Source: a virus. Taken from it: a stretch of 64,000 bases of DNA. The position numbers and the translations under genes were made by a program. The DNA is taken from the IMG/VR virus record IMGVR_UViG_3300042905_004373, positions 1 through 64,000 of that record, one strand, 5' to 3'. The notes under the pieces were generated by a model. It was not told the DNA's origin, made no database searches, and saw only the letters and a list, made by a program, of their open reading frames with translations. Positions 34,001-44,371 of the stretch are shown here, piece by piece; positions within the stretch are counted from its first letter, which is position 1; each line of letters opens with the position of its first letter.

Positions 34001-37000
34001 GGAATAGGTGGAACTGATAATTCCAATTTTACTAGAAAAAATTATGTAAAATTTTCATCTACTGGTTCGGGATATCAGTTTTTTAGTTACCCAAAAATTA
34101 TCTTATCAGTTGATTATACTTCTGTTGGTCTTGGGAGTACTCAAGTCAGAGGTTTAATTAATGCAGTTCCATTAATTAGAGGATCTATTGAAGATGTTTA
34201 TATCTATGAAAAAGGATCAGATTACGGATCTCTTATTTTAAATAATCACCAAAGACCTCAAATTACTATTAAAAATGGAAGAGAAGCAGAATTAAAACCA
34301 GTTATTATAAATGGAAGAATTACATCAGTTCAAGTTCTATATGGAGGTTTTGAATATTACTCAACTCCAGATTTACTTGTTTTGGGTAATGGAGTTGGTG
34401 CATCATTAAGACCAGTAGTTACAAATAATAAAATTTCAAGCATTATAGTTATTAACTCTGGGGCAGGATATGATGAGAATACTACCTCTATAATTGCAAT
34501 TTCTGCAGGTCAAAATGCAAAACTTCAACCAAATATAAGATCATTAACATTAAATAATTCTTATAAGTATGGTATTCAAAATGCATTATATAGAGATCCT
34601 GCTAGTGAAATTTTAGTAGAAACTGAGAATAATCTCAAATATGCAATTGTAGGATATACCACACATATTAAAGATGCCGGAAATGCCTCAACACATTCGG
34701 ATATTATTGGATGGGCATATGATGGAAATCCAATTTATGGGCCTTATGGTTATTCTGACCCATATTCATCTTCATCAGTTAAAGTATTAAGTTCTGGATA
34801 TTCTAAAGTAACTGTTGAAAATAGACCAAATTTCCCAGAAGGATATTTTGTAGAAGATTATGCATTTACTAATGCAGGTGATTTAGATGAATATAATGGA
34901 AGATTTGGTAAGACTAAAGATTTTCCAAATGGAACATATGCTTATTTCACAACTATTGAATCCAATAATGATGGTAACAATATTGGTAAATTTCCATATT
35001 TTATTGGAAACAAATACAGATCTATGAATTTGAATGAAAATTCAAACTTAGATCAATCTTTTAGTTTCAATAGTTCAAATTTAATTAGAAATACTACTCC
35101 ATATAAAGTCAAAGAAGAATATGCCGATAATGATTTTATTGTAGAATCAAATGAAATCATTGAGCAAAAAACTTTAATTGAATCCGTTTCATATGGTAGT
35201 GTTTCAGAATTGAAAATTTTAAATTCTGGTTCTGACTATAAAGTAGGAGATCAAATAAATTTCGAATCCAATGATAGTGGTGGGGGAATTTTAGCAAAAG
35301 TTTCCGAAATAACCGGAAAAGAAATTGAACAAATCGAGACAACTGTAGATTATTACAATGATTCAGTAGTAACTTGGGAAAATGGTAATTCCATAAATGT
35401 ACACATTTACCCATATCATAATCTATCGAATAAAGATATTATCAATATATCAGGAGTATCAACTCAGGTTTCTGTTTTAGATGGATCATATCAAATTGGA
35501 GTAACTTCTTATTTCGCTAAATTAGAAAAGGAAATACCTGCATATTCACTTACTGGAATAGTTACTGACATTTATTTAACATCTATTCCTGAAAATATTT
35601 CTGTAGGAAGTAGTTTTAAAATCAACAATGAACTATTTTCAATTTTAAATATTTACAACAACTATGGAGTTATAAGAGTAAGTAGGGAAACTAGTGGCGG
35701 AATACACACTCAATCATCTTCAATATACTTTCTCCCGGATACATTTACAATAAACAAATTAACAGAATATTTTGATTCTACAGTAAATTCAAAAGTATTT
35801 TTTAATCCAACAAAATCTGTTGGCATTGGTACAATAGTTGGTGTAGGAACAAATGTTAATTATAACATTGGAATTACATCTTATTCAGAATTTATACCGA
35901 CACAAAGTATTTTTATACCAAATCACCGCTTCAAAACAGGTCAAAAAGTAATATTCAAAAAACCAACTGGTGGAGATTCTATTGCTGTATCTGAAACTCC
36001 TACAAGTCTATCTTTCAATATTCTAAGTGGAAGTTCTGAAGTATTGTATGTTATCAATAAGTCATTAGATTATATTGGTATTGTCACTAATGTAGGATTA
36101 ACGACAAATAGTTCTGGTTTATTCTTTAGAAATACTACGTGGAATTCTGGTCATGATAGTTATCAATATTCTATAGAATCAGATTTAAATCAAATTAAAG
36201 TAGATATCAGCAAAATAAAATCTGTAGTATCTGTTTCAACATCTCATAACTTACAGATTGGTGACAAAATATCTTTAAGAGTAAATCCAAATTTAAATGT
36301 TGGTATTGGAACCTCAACATCAGTAAAGATTAAACTTGATCCTCTGATTCAGAAAATAATTATCAATCCTACTCAATTTAGTTCTTCGGGAATAAACACA
36401 ACATCTGATACTATTCTATTAAATTCTCATAGTTTAAATACTGGCGATAAAATTATTTTTAATACACTTGGTTCTATACCTTCAGGAATAACAACTGGTT
36501 GCTATTTTATATACAAAGTAGATAATGATAATATCAAATTATGTGAAACATATTACGATTCAGTGGTTAATCCACCTGAAACATTGAAATTAACCACTCA
36601 GGGAAGTGGAATTCACGAAATTAGTTTAATTAATCCAAAAATAAATCAAATCAAAAATAATAATTTAATTTTTGATTTATCAGATTCTTCTCTGTCTGGA
36701 TACAACTTTAAAATTTACTCAGATAAAGATTTTAAAAAGGAATTTGTTTCAATTGAAAATTCTAATACAAAAGTAGTATCGGGTGTTGGAACTGTTGGAG
36801 TGTCCACAAATGCATCATTGACTATAAATTATAAAGATTTTGTTCCTGAAAAAATTTATTATAATTTAGAAAAATCTGGGTATATTAGTACTGCAGATTC
36901 AGAAGTAAATAATTACTCTGAAATACTGTTTACCGATAGTTTATATTATGGTACTTATAATGTAAGTGGAATTGGAACAACTACTTTTACAATTTCACTA

Positions 37001-40000
37001 AAAAATACTCCAGAGAAATTAAACTATTATCAGTCTGAATGTGATATTTTAAAATATAATACTACATCTAAAACTTCAACTGGAGGAATCAGTAAAATAA
37101 ATCTCTTATCCGGTGGATATGGATATAAATCTTTACCAGATTTTATAGGTTCAAATTCTTTAAATGGAAAAGGTGCATTTATTATTCCATATTCAAATAC
37201 TATTGGAAAAATAACAAAAAGTAGAATTATAAATGAAGGATTTGAATATTCTTCAGATAAAACACTGAGACCAACAGCAGCAATTCCACAAGTTGCTTAT
37301 ATAGCATCATCAAATACTATTGATACGATTGATGTATTAAGTGGTGGTAAAAATTATATTTCACCCCCTGATCTAATTTTAATAGATTCCAGTACTGAAG
37401 AATCTATTAACTCTGGATTTTTAAAAGCAAAGTTAAATGGATCTTCTATTGGTTCAGTAGATATTGAAATACCCCCAAAAGGTTTACCAATTAATCCCGT
37501 TACAATTAAATCAATTAACAATACAAATGGGATAACAATTGATAAAGTTCAAAGTTCTTCTTCAGGAATAGTTACTTGTTTTATCACTACTCCTTTACTT
37601 GGATTTTCAATACAACCATTCCAACCTGGAGATAGGATATTTGTAGAAGGAATAGAAAAAACAAATTCCTCTGGAGATGGATTTAATTCTCCAGATCATG
37701 GATATAATTTTTTTGAAGTTAAAAATTACTATGCATTAAATCCAGACAAAGTAGAATTTGATATATCAGACTTTACAAATAATCCGGGAGTAGCAAAAAC
37801 TATTCAAGAATCAAATGCTTCAATTGTAAATTATAAAAATTATCCAGAATTTAAAGTAATTCAAAAATTCTCTCCTTTTTCTATTGGAGAGCAATTATCT
37901 TCCGATAATGGATTTGGATTTATTTCTAGAAATTTGAAAGTTGTTGATTGTCGAGAAAATGTAATTAGAGTAGTAGGTAGTTATTCTCTATCTATTGGGG
38001 AAAAAATAAGAGGATTGCAATCAGATAATGTAGCAGTTATAGACTCATTATCTTCAACAAATGGAATTTATAATACTAATTCCTTTAATCTTCAAAATTT
38101 TGGATGGGAGAATGATACTGGAAAACTTAGTTATGATACTCAAGTAACTCCAGATAATGATTACTATCAAAATCTTTCATATACGGTAAAAAGCACTAAA
38201 ACTTGGGAAGAGATATCATCCCCAGTATATGATTTATTACATACTAGTGGAACTAAAAATTTTTCAGATACTCAATTTATTGAAAATGCACAATCAGGAA
38301 TAGGAACTGTTGAATCTATTTTATCGTTAGTTAGTATGTTTGTTGAGGAAAATAGAGTAGATACAATTAATAATTTTGATTTAGTTGTTGATGTGGATGT
38401 TATTGGAAATAAATCTAAATTTATAAAATTTGAAAAAGTCAGACTTAGTGATTATATTCTATGTAAAACAAATAGAGTCTTACAAATTGATGATATTAGT
38501 AATGAGTTTTCAAGTTCTAATGACGAAATAGAGAATGTTGCGAATATTTTACCATTGAATTCAGAAAGTGGATATAATAGATTTCTTGTTCAAGTTAAAA
38601 ATATTTTATCTAATGAAATTCAATTTAATGAAATAATCACTTTAAATGATAATGAAAATATTTTTACTTTATCCGTTTCGGAAATTGTAAGTAATAGTAC
38701 TTTAGCAAACATCAGTGGATATGTTACTGAAGATAACAATTTTTATCTAAAATTTGACCCATCTGATCCGTACAATTCAAATTACAATATTAAAATATTA
38801 AGAGATACCTTTACAAGTAAAACTGCAATAGGATCTACTGAAAATTTAAATTGTGTTGATTTAATTGCTCAAAATAAAGTAGTTGCAAGTGGAATAACTA
38901 CCTCAATCATAAGTTTAGATTCTTCCAAATATTCTTCAATCTACTCCAATATTCACATATTAAATACAAATAGTTCTAACATGAACTATGTTCAAATTTA
39001 TCTAGTTCATGATGGAACTGATACTTATATCAGTGAATATTATTTTGACGATGAAAGTTATGAAAGTTATGGATTTATAGGATCTTTTGGAGCATCTTTA
39101 AATGGTGGAATTTTATCCTTAAACTATACAAATACAGAAAATGAAAATATTATAGTAAGATCAAAAAATATTGGATTTGGATCAACTTCTTTAGGAACAG
39201 ATTTCTATAGATTTAAGTTACCTGGGCAAATAGATGGTAATGAGAGAACTGTGGTTTTTGAATCAAACTACAATAATGTATCTTCAGGATCTACAAGTAT
39301 TTTTGTTTTGGATAAAAATTTATTCAATTCAGTAAAATCTACAGTAAAAATTGGTGTAGGACAAACAAGTTCTTTACATCAAATAATGACTGTTTATGAT
39401 GGATCTGATATCTTCATAACTCAATACCCATTCTTATCTGTAGGAAGTACTACAGGAATAGGTTCATTTGGTGCGACCGTAGATTCTACAAATATCATAC
39501 TGAATTTTTATCCAGATCCTTTAATATCTGAAGAAAAAGAAATAATTTCTTTTAACGAATGTTTCTATTCTGATTTGGATCTTGTAAACCTTCCCCCAGA
39601 TTTAGTTTATTCTCCAATCAGACAATCTGTAAGTGCTTCTAAGTTTTATGGCAAAAATTCACCATTTATTGATAAATTAGATTTTGAATCATATTCAAAT
39701 GATATTCCAATATTCATGAAAACTTTTGATCCAATAACAACTATTGATATATCAACTGGAATATGTACAATTCCTAATCATTTCTTCAATACTGGAGAAA
39801 GATTGATTTACAATCCAAAATCTACTTTTATTGGCATAGGTACATCAGCAATAGGAATAGGTGCAACAGAAAACTATGTCGGTATAGTTACAACATTATT
39901 ACCAGAAGTTCTTTATGCAATTAGAATTGATAGTAATACTTTCAGATTAGCAACTAAAAAAGAATATGCTGATCAAGGAATTGGAGTATCTTTTACTTCT

Positions 40001-42721
40001 TTTGGTACTGGAAATGCTCATGAATTGGAGATGTTCAAAAAAAATGAAAAGTCATTAATTACAATTAATAATCTTGTTCAATATCCAGTTACATATTCCA
40101 ATGTAACTCATACTTTATCTGGAAATGATGGTCAAATTAGTGCAGCATCTACTATATTTTCTCTTAGTGGTATTTCTTCAATAAATCCAAATGATTTATT
40201 AAAAGTAGATAATGAATATATGAAAGTAACGAATGTTGGATTGGGAACAACAAATGCTGGGCCAATAACTTTCTCAGGAGATGTACCTTTAGTTGAAGTT
40301 ACTAGAGCATTTTTGGGTTCTAGTTCCGGAATTCATACTGATACTTCTAATGTTGATATTCATAGAGGTTCATATAATATTTTTGGAAATAAAATTTATT
40401 TTACAGAACCTCCAAGAGGTAATCAATTAGATTTAATCGGACCAGATGAAAGTAATCTTCCTAGAGAAAGAGCAACTTTTACTGGACGGGTATTCTTGAG
40501 ACAAGATTATACATCAAATCAAATATATGATGATATTTCAAATCAATTTACAGGAATTGGACAAACTTTTATTTTAACATCTCAAGGAATTAATACCGTT
40601 GGATTGGGTACAAGTGGTGGAAATGGTATTGTTTTTATTAATAATATTTTCCAATCACCAACTACTCTGAATAATTCAAATAATAATTATATCATTGAAG
40701 AAGATACTGCTGTTGGAATTAGTAGTATATTATTTACCGGAGTATCATCAAATTCTGGTTTGTTTATATCAGATTATGATATTAATATGAATCAATTACC
40801 TAGAGGTGGTATTATAGTGTCCTTAGGATCTACTCCAGGTTTAGGTTATGCTCCCCTTGTAGGATCTTCAGTAACTGCAGTTATTGGTGTTGGTGGATCT
40901 ATTGTATCTGTAGGATTGGGGACAATGGACATTATTGGATCTGGATATAATGGAGTGGTATCTGTAGCAGTTACTGAATATGGTCATAGTGGTTCAGTTG
41001 CCAATATTATTGCTTCAGTTGGTGCTGGTGGAACACTTTCATTTAATATTATAGATGGAGGATCTGGATATAGTGAACCAATGATTAATATATCTTCACC
41101 ATCATATGAAAATCTTCCTATTATTGGAGTTTCTAGAATTGGAATAGGAACAACAACAGACACTGGAACAGGATTATTATTGAATGTTGAAGTTGGAGCA
41201 AGTTCTACTACAGGAATAGGATCTACACTATTTGAAGTCACAAACTTCAAAATTGTAAGAAATGGATACTCATTTAGGAGAGGTGATGTATTTAAACCGA
41301 TTGGACTAGTAACTGCTTTAGGTTTGTCGGAACCAATTAGTGAATTTGAACTAACAGTTCTTGATACTTTTACTGATTCATTTGCTGCATGGCAATTTGG
41401 AGAATTGGATTATATAGATTCAGTTAAAAATTATCAAGATGGAATAAGAACTAGATTTCCTTTATATTATAACTCAGATCTTTTAAGTTTTGAAGTTGAT
41501 TCTGGGGTTAATGATTCTCAGTTAATAGATTTGGCATCAGTTTTATTAATTTTTATAAATGGAATTCCTCAGGAACCAAATATTTCTTACGAATTTAGTG
41601 GCGGAACATCATTTACATTCACTACTGCACCTAAACCAGAAGATAATATTTCAATATTCTTCTATAGAGGAACTAGGGATCAAGATAGTCTTCTGTTTAA
41701 TATTACAGAAACTATTAAAGTTGGAGATACTGTTCAGATTTATAGCAATAACAAAAATATTAATAATACAATTACACAAAACAAGAGAATTGTATCAAAT
41801 ATATCTGGTTCTGATAAAATTCAGACTGAGACATATACTTATCAAGGTATTGATAGTGTAAATAAAAAACCATTGTATTGGACAAAGCAAAAAATTGACC
41901 TCGAAATCAATGGAGATATTGTATATAAATCTAGAGAATCTATTGAACCACAAATTTATCCAACTGCAAGTATTATAAAAAATTTCAATCCTAGTGATGG
42001 TGAAATCTTCGTAGATAGTGCTTCTTTATTCAATTATGAGCGACAAACATCTGATCAATTTGATTGTATTATATTTTCAAATAATAATGTGGGAATTGCT
42101 ACTACTAATTTTTCTACTCAGTATGAAAAAATAACTGACATCAATATGTCAGGTCTTAGAGGATTTGATGCATCTATTACAGGAATAGGAACTACATCAG
42201 GTATTGGAGCACCATTGGCAATTAAGTTTCAAATTAATATCCCATCAGTAAATTCAGTAAATCAATATGGAGATATTTCTGATCTTCAAGTTGGATATCC
42301 AATTTATATTTCAAACACTATAGTTGGATCTGGTGTTACTTCCATCAATACAAATGATTCAGATGTTCTTGCAATAAGTACATCTCATTTGAATAATATT
42401 TACTTTGTTCATGCATTTGACTCGGTAACAGGAATTATAACTTGTAACATTCATTCTAATACTTCAATTGTTGGAGTTGCAACTACAGGAAGTTTAAATT
42501 ATCCCGTTGGAAAAATATCATGGGGCAAATTATCTGGTTTTACTAGATCATCATCACCAATTTCTATTGCAATAACTGGTGCGGTTTCTAGCATAGGAAT
42601 AAGCACTGAAGGATATGGTGCTGGATTATCTACCTATCCATTTATTCAGAGAAGAAATATTGGATTTAATGATAATGGTTCAATTATTAAGGATAATTTA
42701 CTCAATTCTGCTGATTTCTAA
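31013..42721 (+). CDS. giant virion protein (3902 aa) in gp7 (baseplate wedge initiator) position, with many xSGGxGY...P.I repeat modules
   Basis: uninterrupted 11.7-kb ORF between gp6 and gp8; recurrent LSGG(N/K/Y)(N/G)Y..P repeat units. Confidence 0.8.
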   Translation: MVNSKFDSRVKIQQIIDSQIPEFILDENPKAAEFLKQYYISQEYQGGPIDIVENLDQYLKLDNLLPEVIVGFTSLTSGISSSSTNIVVNSTKGFPSKYGLLKIDDEIITYTGITTNTFTGCIRGFSGITNYHKNLQYEELVFSESVSEPHNFESKVENLSSLFLKEFYKKIKFTLTPGLEELNFNENLNVGNFIKESKSLYETKGTPESFRILFNVLFGETPKIINLEQFLIKSSDSDYIRRNVAVIKAISGDPTKLTGQTIKKSTDEGTSASVSEVETITRKSKTYYKLNFFVGYDDSYPNITGTFSVTPNTKVIDNVILSSTKTGVVTVDSTIGFAESGSFFYEDYEVFYSRKTINQFLGCYINSNESVNVLKKSLLISNETYYGYENGDLEKKVEFIITGVISDIFVSDNSYNFIEGDEIYPQNLGEIISQGKSNKQIFANSWIYNTSSRYQVDNFSGFTITIKSKIDSVSISVGDTIEILDRNTENVISTAIITGIDLNANQITINQNINLSGNYDIRRILKKANSPIVPIEFGNDKITSDIQNVYNENDAYMYVASNSLPSYQIQKNVFEYTITKLSGKNDDDEYSIIEFNDVISFITGDKVLYYTDENSTIVGLVEGPYFVEVLSDKKSIKLHLSSSTIGSSDFVTFGQFSNGSIVGNHKVILYSQKSKTISPQKLLKKFPLDRKTSDNKIYETIPGSIGMLKNGVEIYNYKTNDKIYYGPLENVDVLSGGNNYDVINPPVLTISTGSAVLYPVITGSVKKIFVDPQEFDIDVNISIQLSGGNGSNSSFKPIFEKYAREIEFDARSILNGGGIDSVDEVIAFKENHNLINGQPLVYNNNNFNSIGIGTFKGSNLDQGKTLVKNAIYYTEVINDKTIRLYQNFSDYSSGINTVGFTTIGNSGTHKFKTEVKNRLVDIQVISEGSGYSNRKIRVSPSGISTFDHTINFKNHGFSDGEVVSYEYQTSNISGLTTSNSYKVLKLNSDNFRICDIGIGGTDNSNFTRKNYVKFSSTGSGYQFFSYPKIILSVDYTSVGLGSTQVRGLINAVPLIRGSIEDVYIYEKGSDYGSLILNNHQRPQITIKNGREAELKPVIINGRITSVQVLYGGFEYYSTPDLLVLGNGVGASLRPVVTNNKISSIIVINSGAGYDENTTSIIAISAGQNAKLQPNIRSLTLNNSYKYGIQNALYRDPASEILVETENNLKYAIVGYTTHIKDAGNASTHSDIIGWAYDGNPIYGPYGYSDPYSSSSVKVLSSGYSKVTVENRPNFPEGYFVEDYAFTNAGDLDEYNGRFGKTKDFPNGTYAYFTTIESNNDGNNIGKFPYFIGNKYRSMNLNENSNLDQSFSFNSSNLIRNTTPYKVKEEYADNDFIVESNEIIEQKTLIESVSYGSVSELKILNSGSDYKVGDQINFESNDSGGGILAKVSEITGKEIEQIETTVDYYNDSVVTWENGNSINVHIYPYHNLSNKDIINISGVSTQVSVLDGSYQIGVTSYFAKLEKEIPAYSLTGIVTDIYLTSIPENISVGSSFKINNELFSILNIYNNYGVIRVSRETSGGIHTQSSSIYFLPDTFTINKLTEYFDSTVNSKVFFNPTKSVGIGTIVGVGTNVNYNIGITSYSEFIPTQSIFIPNHRFKTGQKVIFKKPTGGDSIAVSETPTSLSFNILSGSSEVLYVINKSLDYIGIVTNVGLTTNSSGLFFRNTTWNSGHDSYQYSIESDLNQIKVDISKIKSVVSVSTSHNLQIGDKISLRVNPNLNVGIGTSTSVKIKLDPLIQKIIINPTQFSSSGINTTSDTILLNSHSLNTGDKIIFNTLGSIPSGITTGCYFIYKVDNDNIKLCETYYDSVVNPPETLKLTTQGSGIHEISLINPKINQIKNNNLIFDLSDSSLSGYNFKIYSDKDFKKEFVSIENSNTKVVSGVGTVGVSTNASLTINYKDFVPEKIYYNLEKSGYISTADSEVNNYSEILFTDSLYYGTYNVSGIGTTTFTISLKNTPEKLNYYQSECDILKYNTTSKTSTGGISKINLLSGGYGYKSLPDFIGSNSLNGKGAFIIPYSNTIGKITKSRIINEGFEYSSDKTLRPTAAIPQVAYIASSNTIDTIDVLSGGKNYISPPDLILIDSSTEESINSGFLKAKLNGSSIGSVDIEIPPKGLPINPVTIKSINNTNGITIDKVQSSSSGIVTCFITTPLLGFSIQPFQPGDRIFVEGIEKTNSSGDGFNSPDHGYNFFEVKNYYALNPDKVEFDISDFTNNPGVAKTIQESNASIVNYKNYPEFKVIQKFSPFSIGEQLSSDNGFGFISRNLKVVDCRENVIRVVGSYSLSIGEKIRGLQSDNVAVIDSLSSTNGIYNTNSFNLQNFGWENDTGKLSYDTQVTPDNDYYQNLSYTVKSTKTWEEISSPVYDLLHTSGTKNFSDTQFIENAQSGIGTVESILSLVSMFVEENRVDTINNFDLVVDVDVIGNKSKFIKFEKVRLSDYILCKTNRVLQIDDISNEFSSSNDEIENVANILPLNSESGYNRFLVQVKNILSNEIQFNEIITLNDNENIFTLSVSEIVSNSTLANISGYVTEDNNFYLKFDPSDPYNSNYNIKILRDTFTSKTAIGSTENLNCVDLIAQNKVVASGITTSIISLDSSKYSSIYSNIHILNTNSSNMNYVQIYLVHDGTDTYISEYYFDDESYESYGFIGSFGASLNGGILSLNYTNTENENIIVRSKNIGFGSTSLGTDFYRFKLPGQIDGNERTVVFESNYNNVSSGSTSIFVLDKNLFNSVKSTVKIGVGQTSSLHQIMTVYDGSDIFITQYPFLSVGSTTGIGSFGATVDSTNIILNFYPDPLISEEKEIISFNECFYSDLDLVNLPPDLVYSPIRQSVSASKFYGKNSPFIDKLDFESYSNDIPIFMKTFDPITTIDISTGICTIPNHFFNTGERLIYNPKSTFIGIGTSAIGIGATENYVGIVTTLLPEVLYAIRIDSNTFRLATKKEYADQGIGVSFTSFGTGNAHELEMFKKNEKSLITINNLVQYPVTYSNVTHTLSGNDGQISAASTIFSLSGISSINPNDLLKVDNEYMKVTNVGLGTTNAGPITFSGDVPLVEVTRAFLGSSSGIHTDTSNVDIHRGSYNIFGNKIYFTEPPRGNQLDLIGPDESNLPRERATFTGRVFLRQDYTSNQIYDDISNQFTGIGQTFILTSQGINTVGLGTSGGNGIVFINNIFQSPTTLNNSNNNYIIEEDTAVGISSILFTGVSSNSGLFISDYDINMNQLPRGGIIVSLGSTPGLGYAPLVGSSVTAVIGVGGSIVSVGLGTMDIIGSGYNGVVSVAVTEYGHSGSVANIIASVGAGGTLSFNIIDGGSGYSEPMINISSPSYENLPIIGVSRIGIGTTTDTGTGLLLNVEVGASSTTGIGSTLFEVTNFKIVRNGYSFRRGDVFKPIGLVTALGLSEPISEFELTVLDTFTDSFAAWQFGELDYIDSVKNYQDGIRTRFPLYYNSDLLSFEVDSGVNDSQLIDLASVLLIFINGIPQEPNISYEFSGGTSFTFTTAPKPEDNISIFFYRGTRDQDSLLFNITETIKVGDTVQIYSNNKNINNTITQNKRIVSNISGSDKIQTETYTYQGIDSVNKKPLYWTKQKIDLEINGDIVYKSRESIEPQIYPTASIIKNFNPSDGEIFVDSASLFNYERQTSDQFDCIIFSNNNVGIATTNFSTQYEKITDINMSGLRGFDASITGIGTTSGIGAPLAIKFQINIPSVNSVNQYGDISDLQVGYPIYISNTIVGSGVTSINTNDSDVLAISTSHLNNIYFVHAFDSVTGIITCNIHSNTSIVGVATTGSLNYPVGKISWGKLSGFTRSSSPISIAITGAVSSIGISTEGYGAGLSTYPFIQRRNIGFNDNGSIIKDNLLNSADF

Positions 42722-42736
42722 TCATATGCTTAAACA

Positions 42737-42744
42737 TATAAATA
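42737..42744 (+). promoter_or_regulatory. T4-type late promoter TATAAATA
   Basis: exact TATAAATA 20 nt upstream of gp8 ATG. Confidence 0.5.
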
Positions 42745-42763
42745 TAAAAAAAGAATCATATAA

Positions 42764-44368
42764 ATGTCTGCAATAGTAACAGATCAATTTAGAATATTGA
42801 ATGCTACCAATTTTATAGATTCGGTAGAAAATCAATCAAATTCCTTTTATGTTTGGGTTGGATTGGCAAATCCTGGAATATATACTGGATTTGCGCGAGA
42901 TGCAAATTGGGATGGATCTGAGACTGCAGATCCATTAAATGCTGTTGTCCCAAATCCAATAGATAATTTAGATTATTTAACTCATTATAGTGATACTATT
43001 CTTTTTGGTAAAAAAATTACAGGAACAAATATACGAAGAGTTATTAAAAGAGTTGATTGGGTAAGAGGAAAGAAATATGACATGTATAGGCATGACTATA
43101 GTATTCTTAACAAAAGTCCTATAGCTCAAAGAGCAAGACTTTATGATTCTGAATATTATGTTATGAACACTGATTATAAAGTTTATATTTGTATACGAAA
43201 TGGATCAAGTGGGATTAATTCCACGGGAAATCAATCATTATATGAACCAGATTTTACTGATCTTGAACCATCAGTTTCTGGACTAGGAAATGATGGATAT
43301 CTTTGGAAATACTTATTTACAGTCTCTCCTAGTGACATTGTAAAATTTGATTCTACAGAATATATTACTTTGCCAAATAATTGGAACAGTTCTACAGATT
43401 CTCAAATTGTTTCTGTTAGAGAAAATGGAGATTCTAGTATCAATAATAATCAAATAAAAACTGTATACATTGATAATCCTGGAAAAAATTATCAGGGAGG
43501 TGAAAATAATGTAAAAGAAGTTGATATTTTAGGTGATGGTACTGGAGGAAAAGTTTCTATAACAGTAAATGCTAATGGAGAAATAATAGAAACAAATGTC
43601 ACTTCTGGGGGAACAGGATATACCTATGGAATAGTTGATTTGGGAACAATGCAACCATCTGGAAATATTTCAAATCCTGCAAAATTAATCCCAATAATTC
43701 CACCATCTAAAGGGCATGGATATGATTTATATAAAGAACTTGGTGCGGATAAAATTATGATTTATTCTAGATTTGATGATTCGACAAGAGATTTCCCAAT
43801 TAATACTAAATTTTGTCAAATTGGAATTCTTAAAAATCCAGAAAAATATGGATCTATTGGAACTTTCACAGACTCACAGTTTTCGGGACTTTATGCAATA
43901 CAGTTTAGTAGTGTAAACCAAATTGCCCCTCAGATTGGAGAAAAAATCATTCAAAATTCTACAGGGGCATTTGGTTATATTGCTTCATATGACACAGACA
44001 CTAAAGTTTTAAAATATTTTAAAGATAGATCTTTATATTATGGATCATCATATGATCAAACTGATTATATTGGAATATCTAGTAGTAAAAATGCTAATGT
44101 GAATTTTATTAATCCACAAATACCAACATCAGAAGATACCATAGTTGGAACCAATAGTGGATTCAATGGAACTCAAATTTCATCTCTAACCGGAATCACC
44201 ACAACTATTAATGGTTCCGTTATAAATTTGGGTAGTTCTTTCACAAATGGTCTTGCCAATCCTGAGATAAATAAAAAGACGGGAGATATTATCTACATTG
44301 ACAATAGACCCCTAGTATCAAGAAATATTAGGCAAAAAGAAGACATTAAAATTATTCTGGAATTCTAA
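42764..44368 (+). CDS. 8: baseplate wedge subunit gp8
   Basis: GNDGYLWKYLFTVSPSDI ~ T4 gp8 GDGYVWEYLFEIPPDV; C-terminus IYIDNRPLVSRNIRQKEDIKIILEF ~ T4 IYMENRPPIIMAMDQTEEINILFTF. Confidence 0.85.
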   Translation: MSAIVTDQFRILNATNFIDSVENQSNSFYVWVGLANPGIYTGFARDANWDGSETADPLNAVVPNPIDNLDYLTHYSDTILFGKKITGTNIRRVIKRVDWVRGKKYDMYRHDYSILNKSPIAQRARLYDSEYYVMNTDYKVYICIRNGSSGINSTGNQSLYEPDFTDLEPSVSGLGNDGYLWKYLFTVSPSDIVKFDSTEYITLPNNWNSSTDSQIVSVRENGDSSINNNQIKTVYIDNPGKNYQGGENNVKEVDILGDGTGGKVSITVNANGEIIETNVTSGGTGYTYGIVDLGTMQPSGNISNPAKLIPIIPPSKGHGYDLYKELGADKIMIYSRFDDSTRDFPINTKFCQIGILKNPEKYGSIGTFTDSQFSGLYAIQFSSVNQIAPQIGEKIIQNSTGAFGYIASYDTDTKVLKYFKDRSLYYGSSYDQTDYIGISSSKNANVNFINPQIPTSEDTIVGTNSGFNGTQISSLTGITTTINGSVINLGSSFTNGLANPEINKKTGDIIYIDNRPLVSRNIRQKEDIKIILEF

Positions 44369-44371
44369 AAA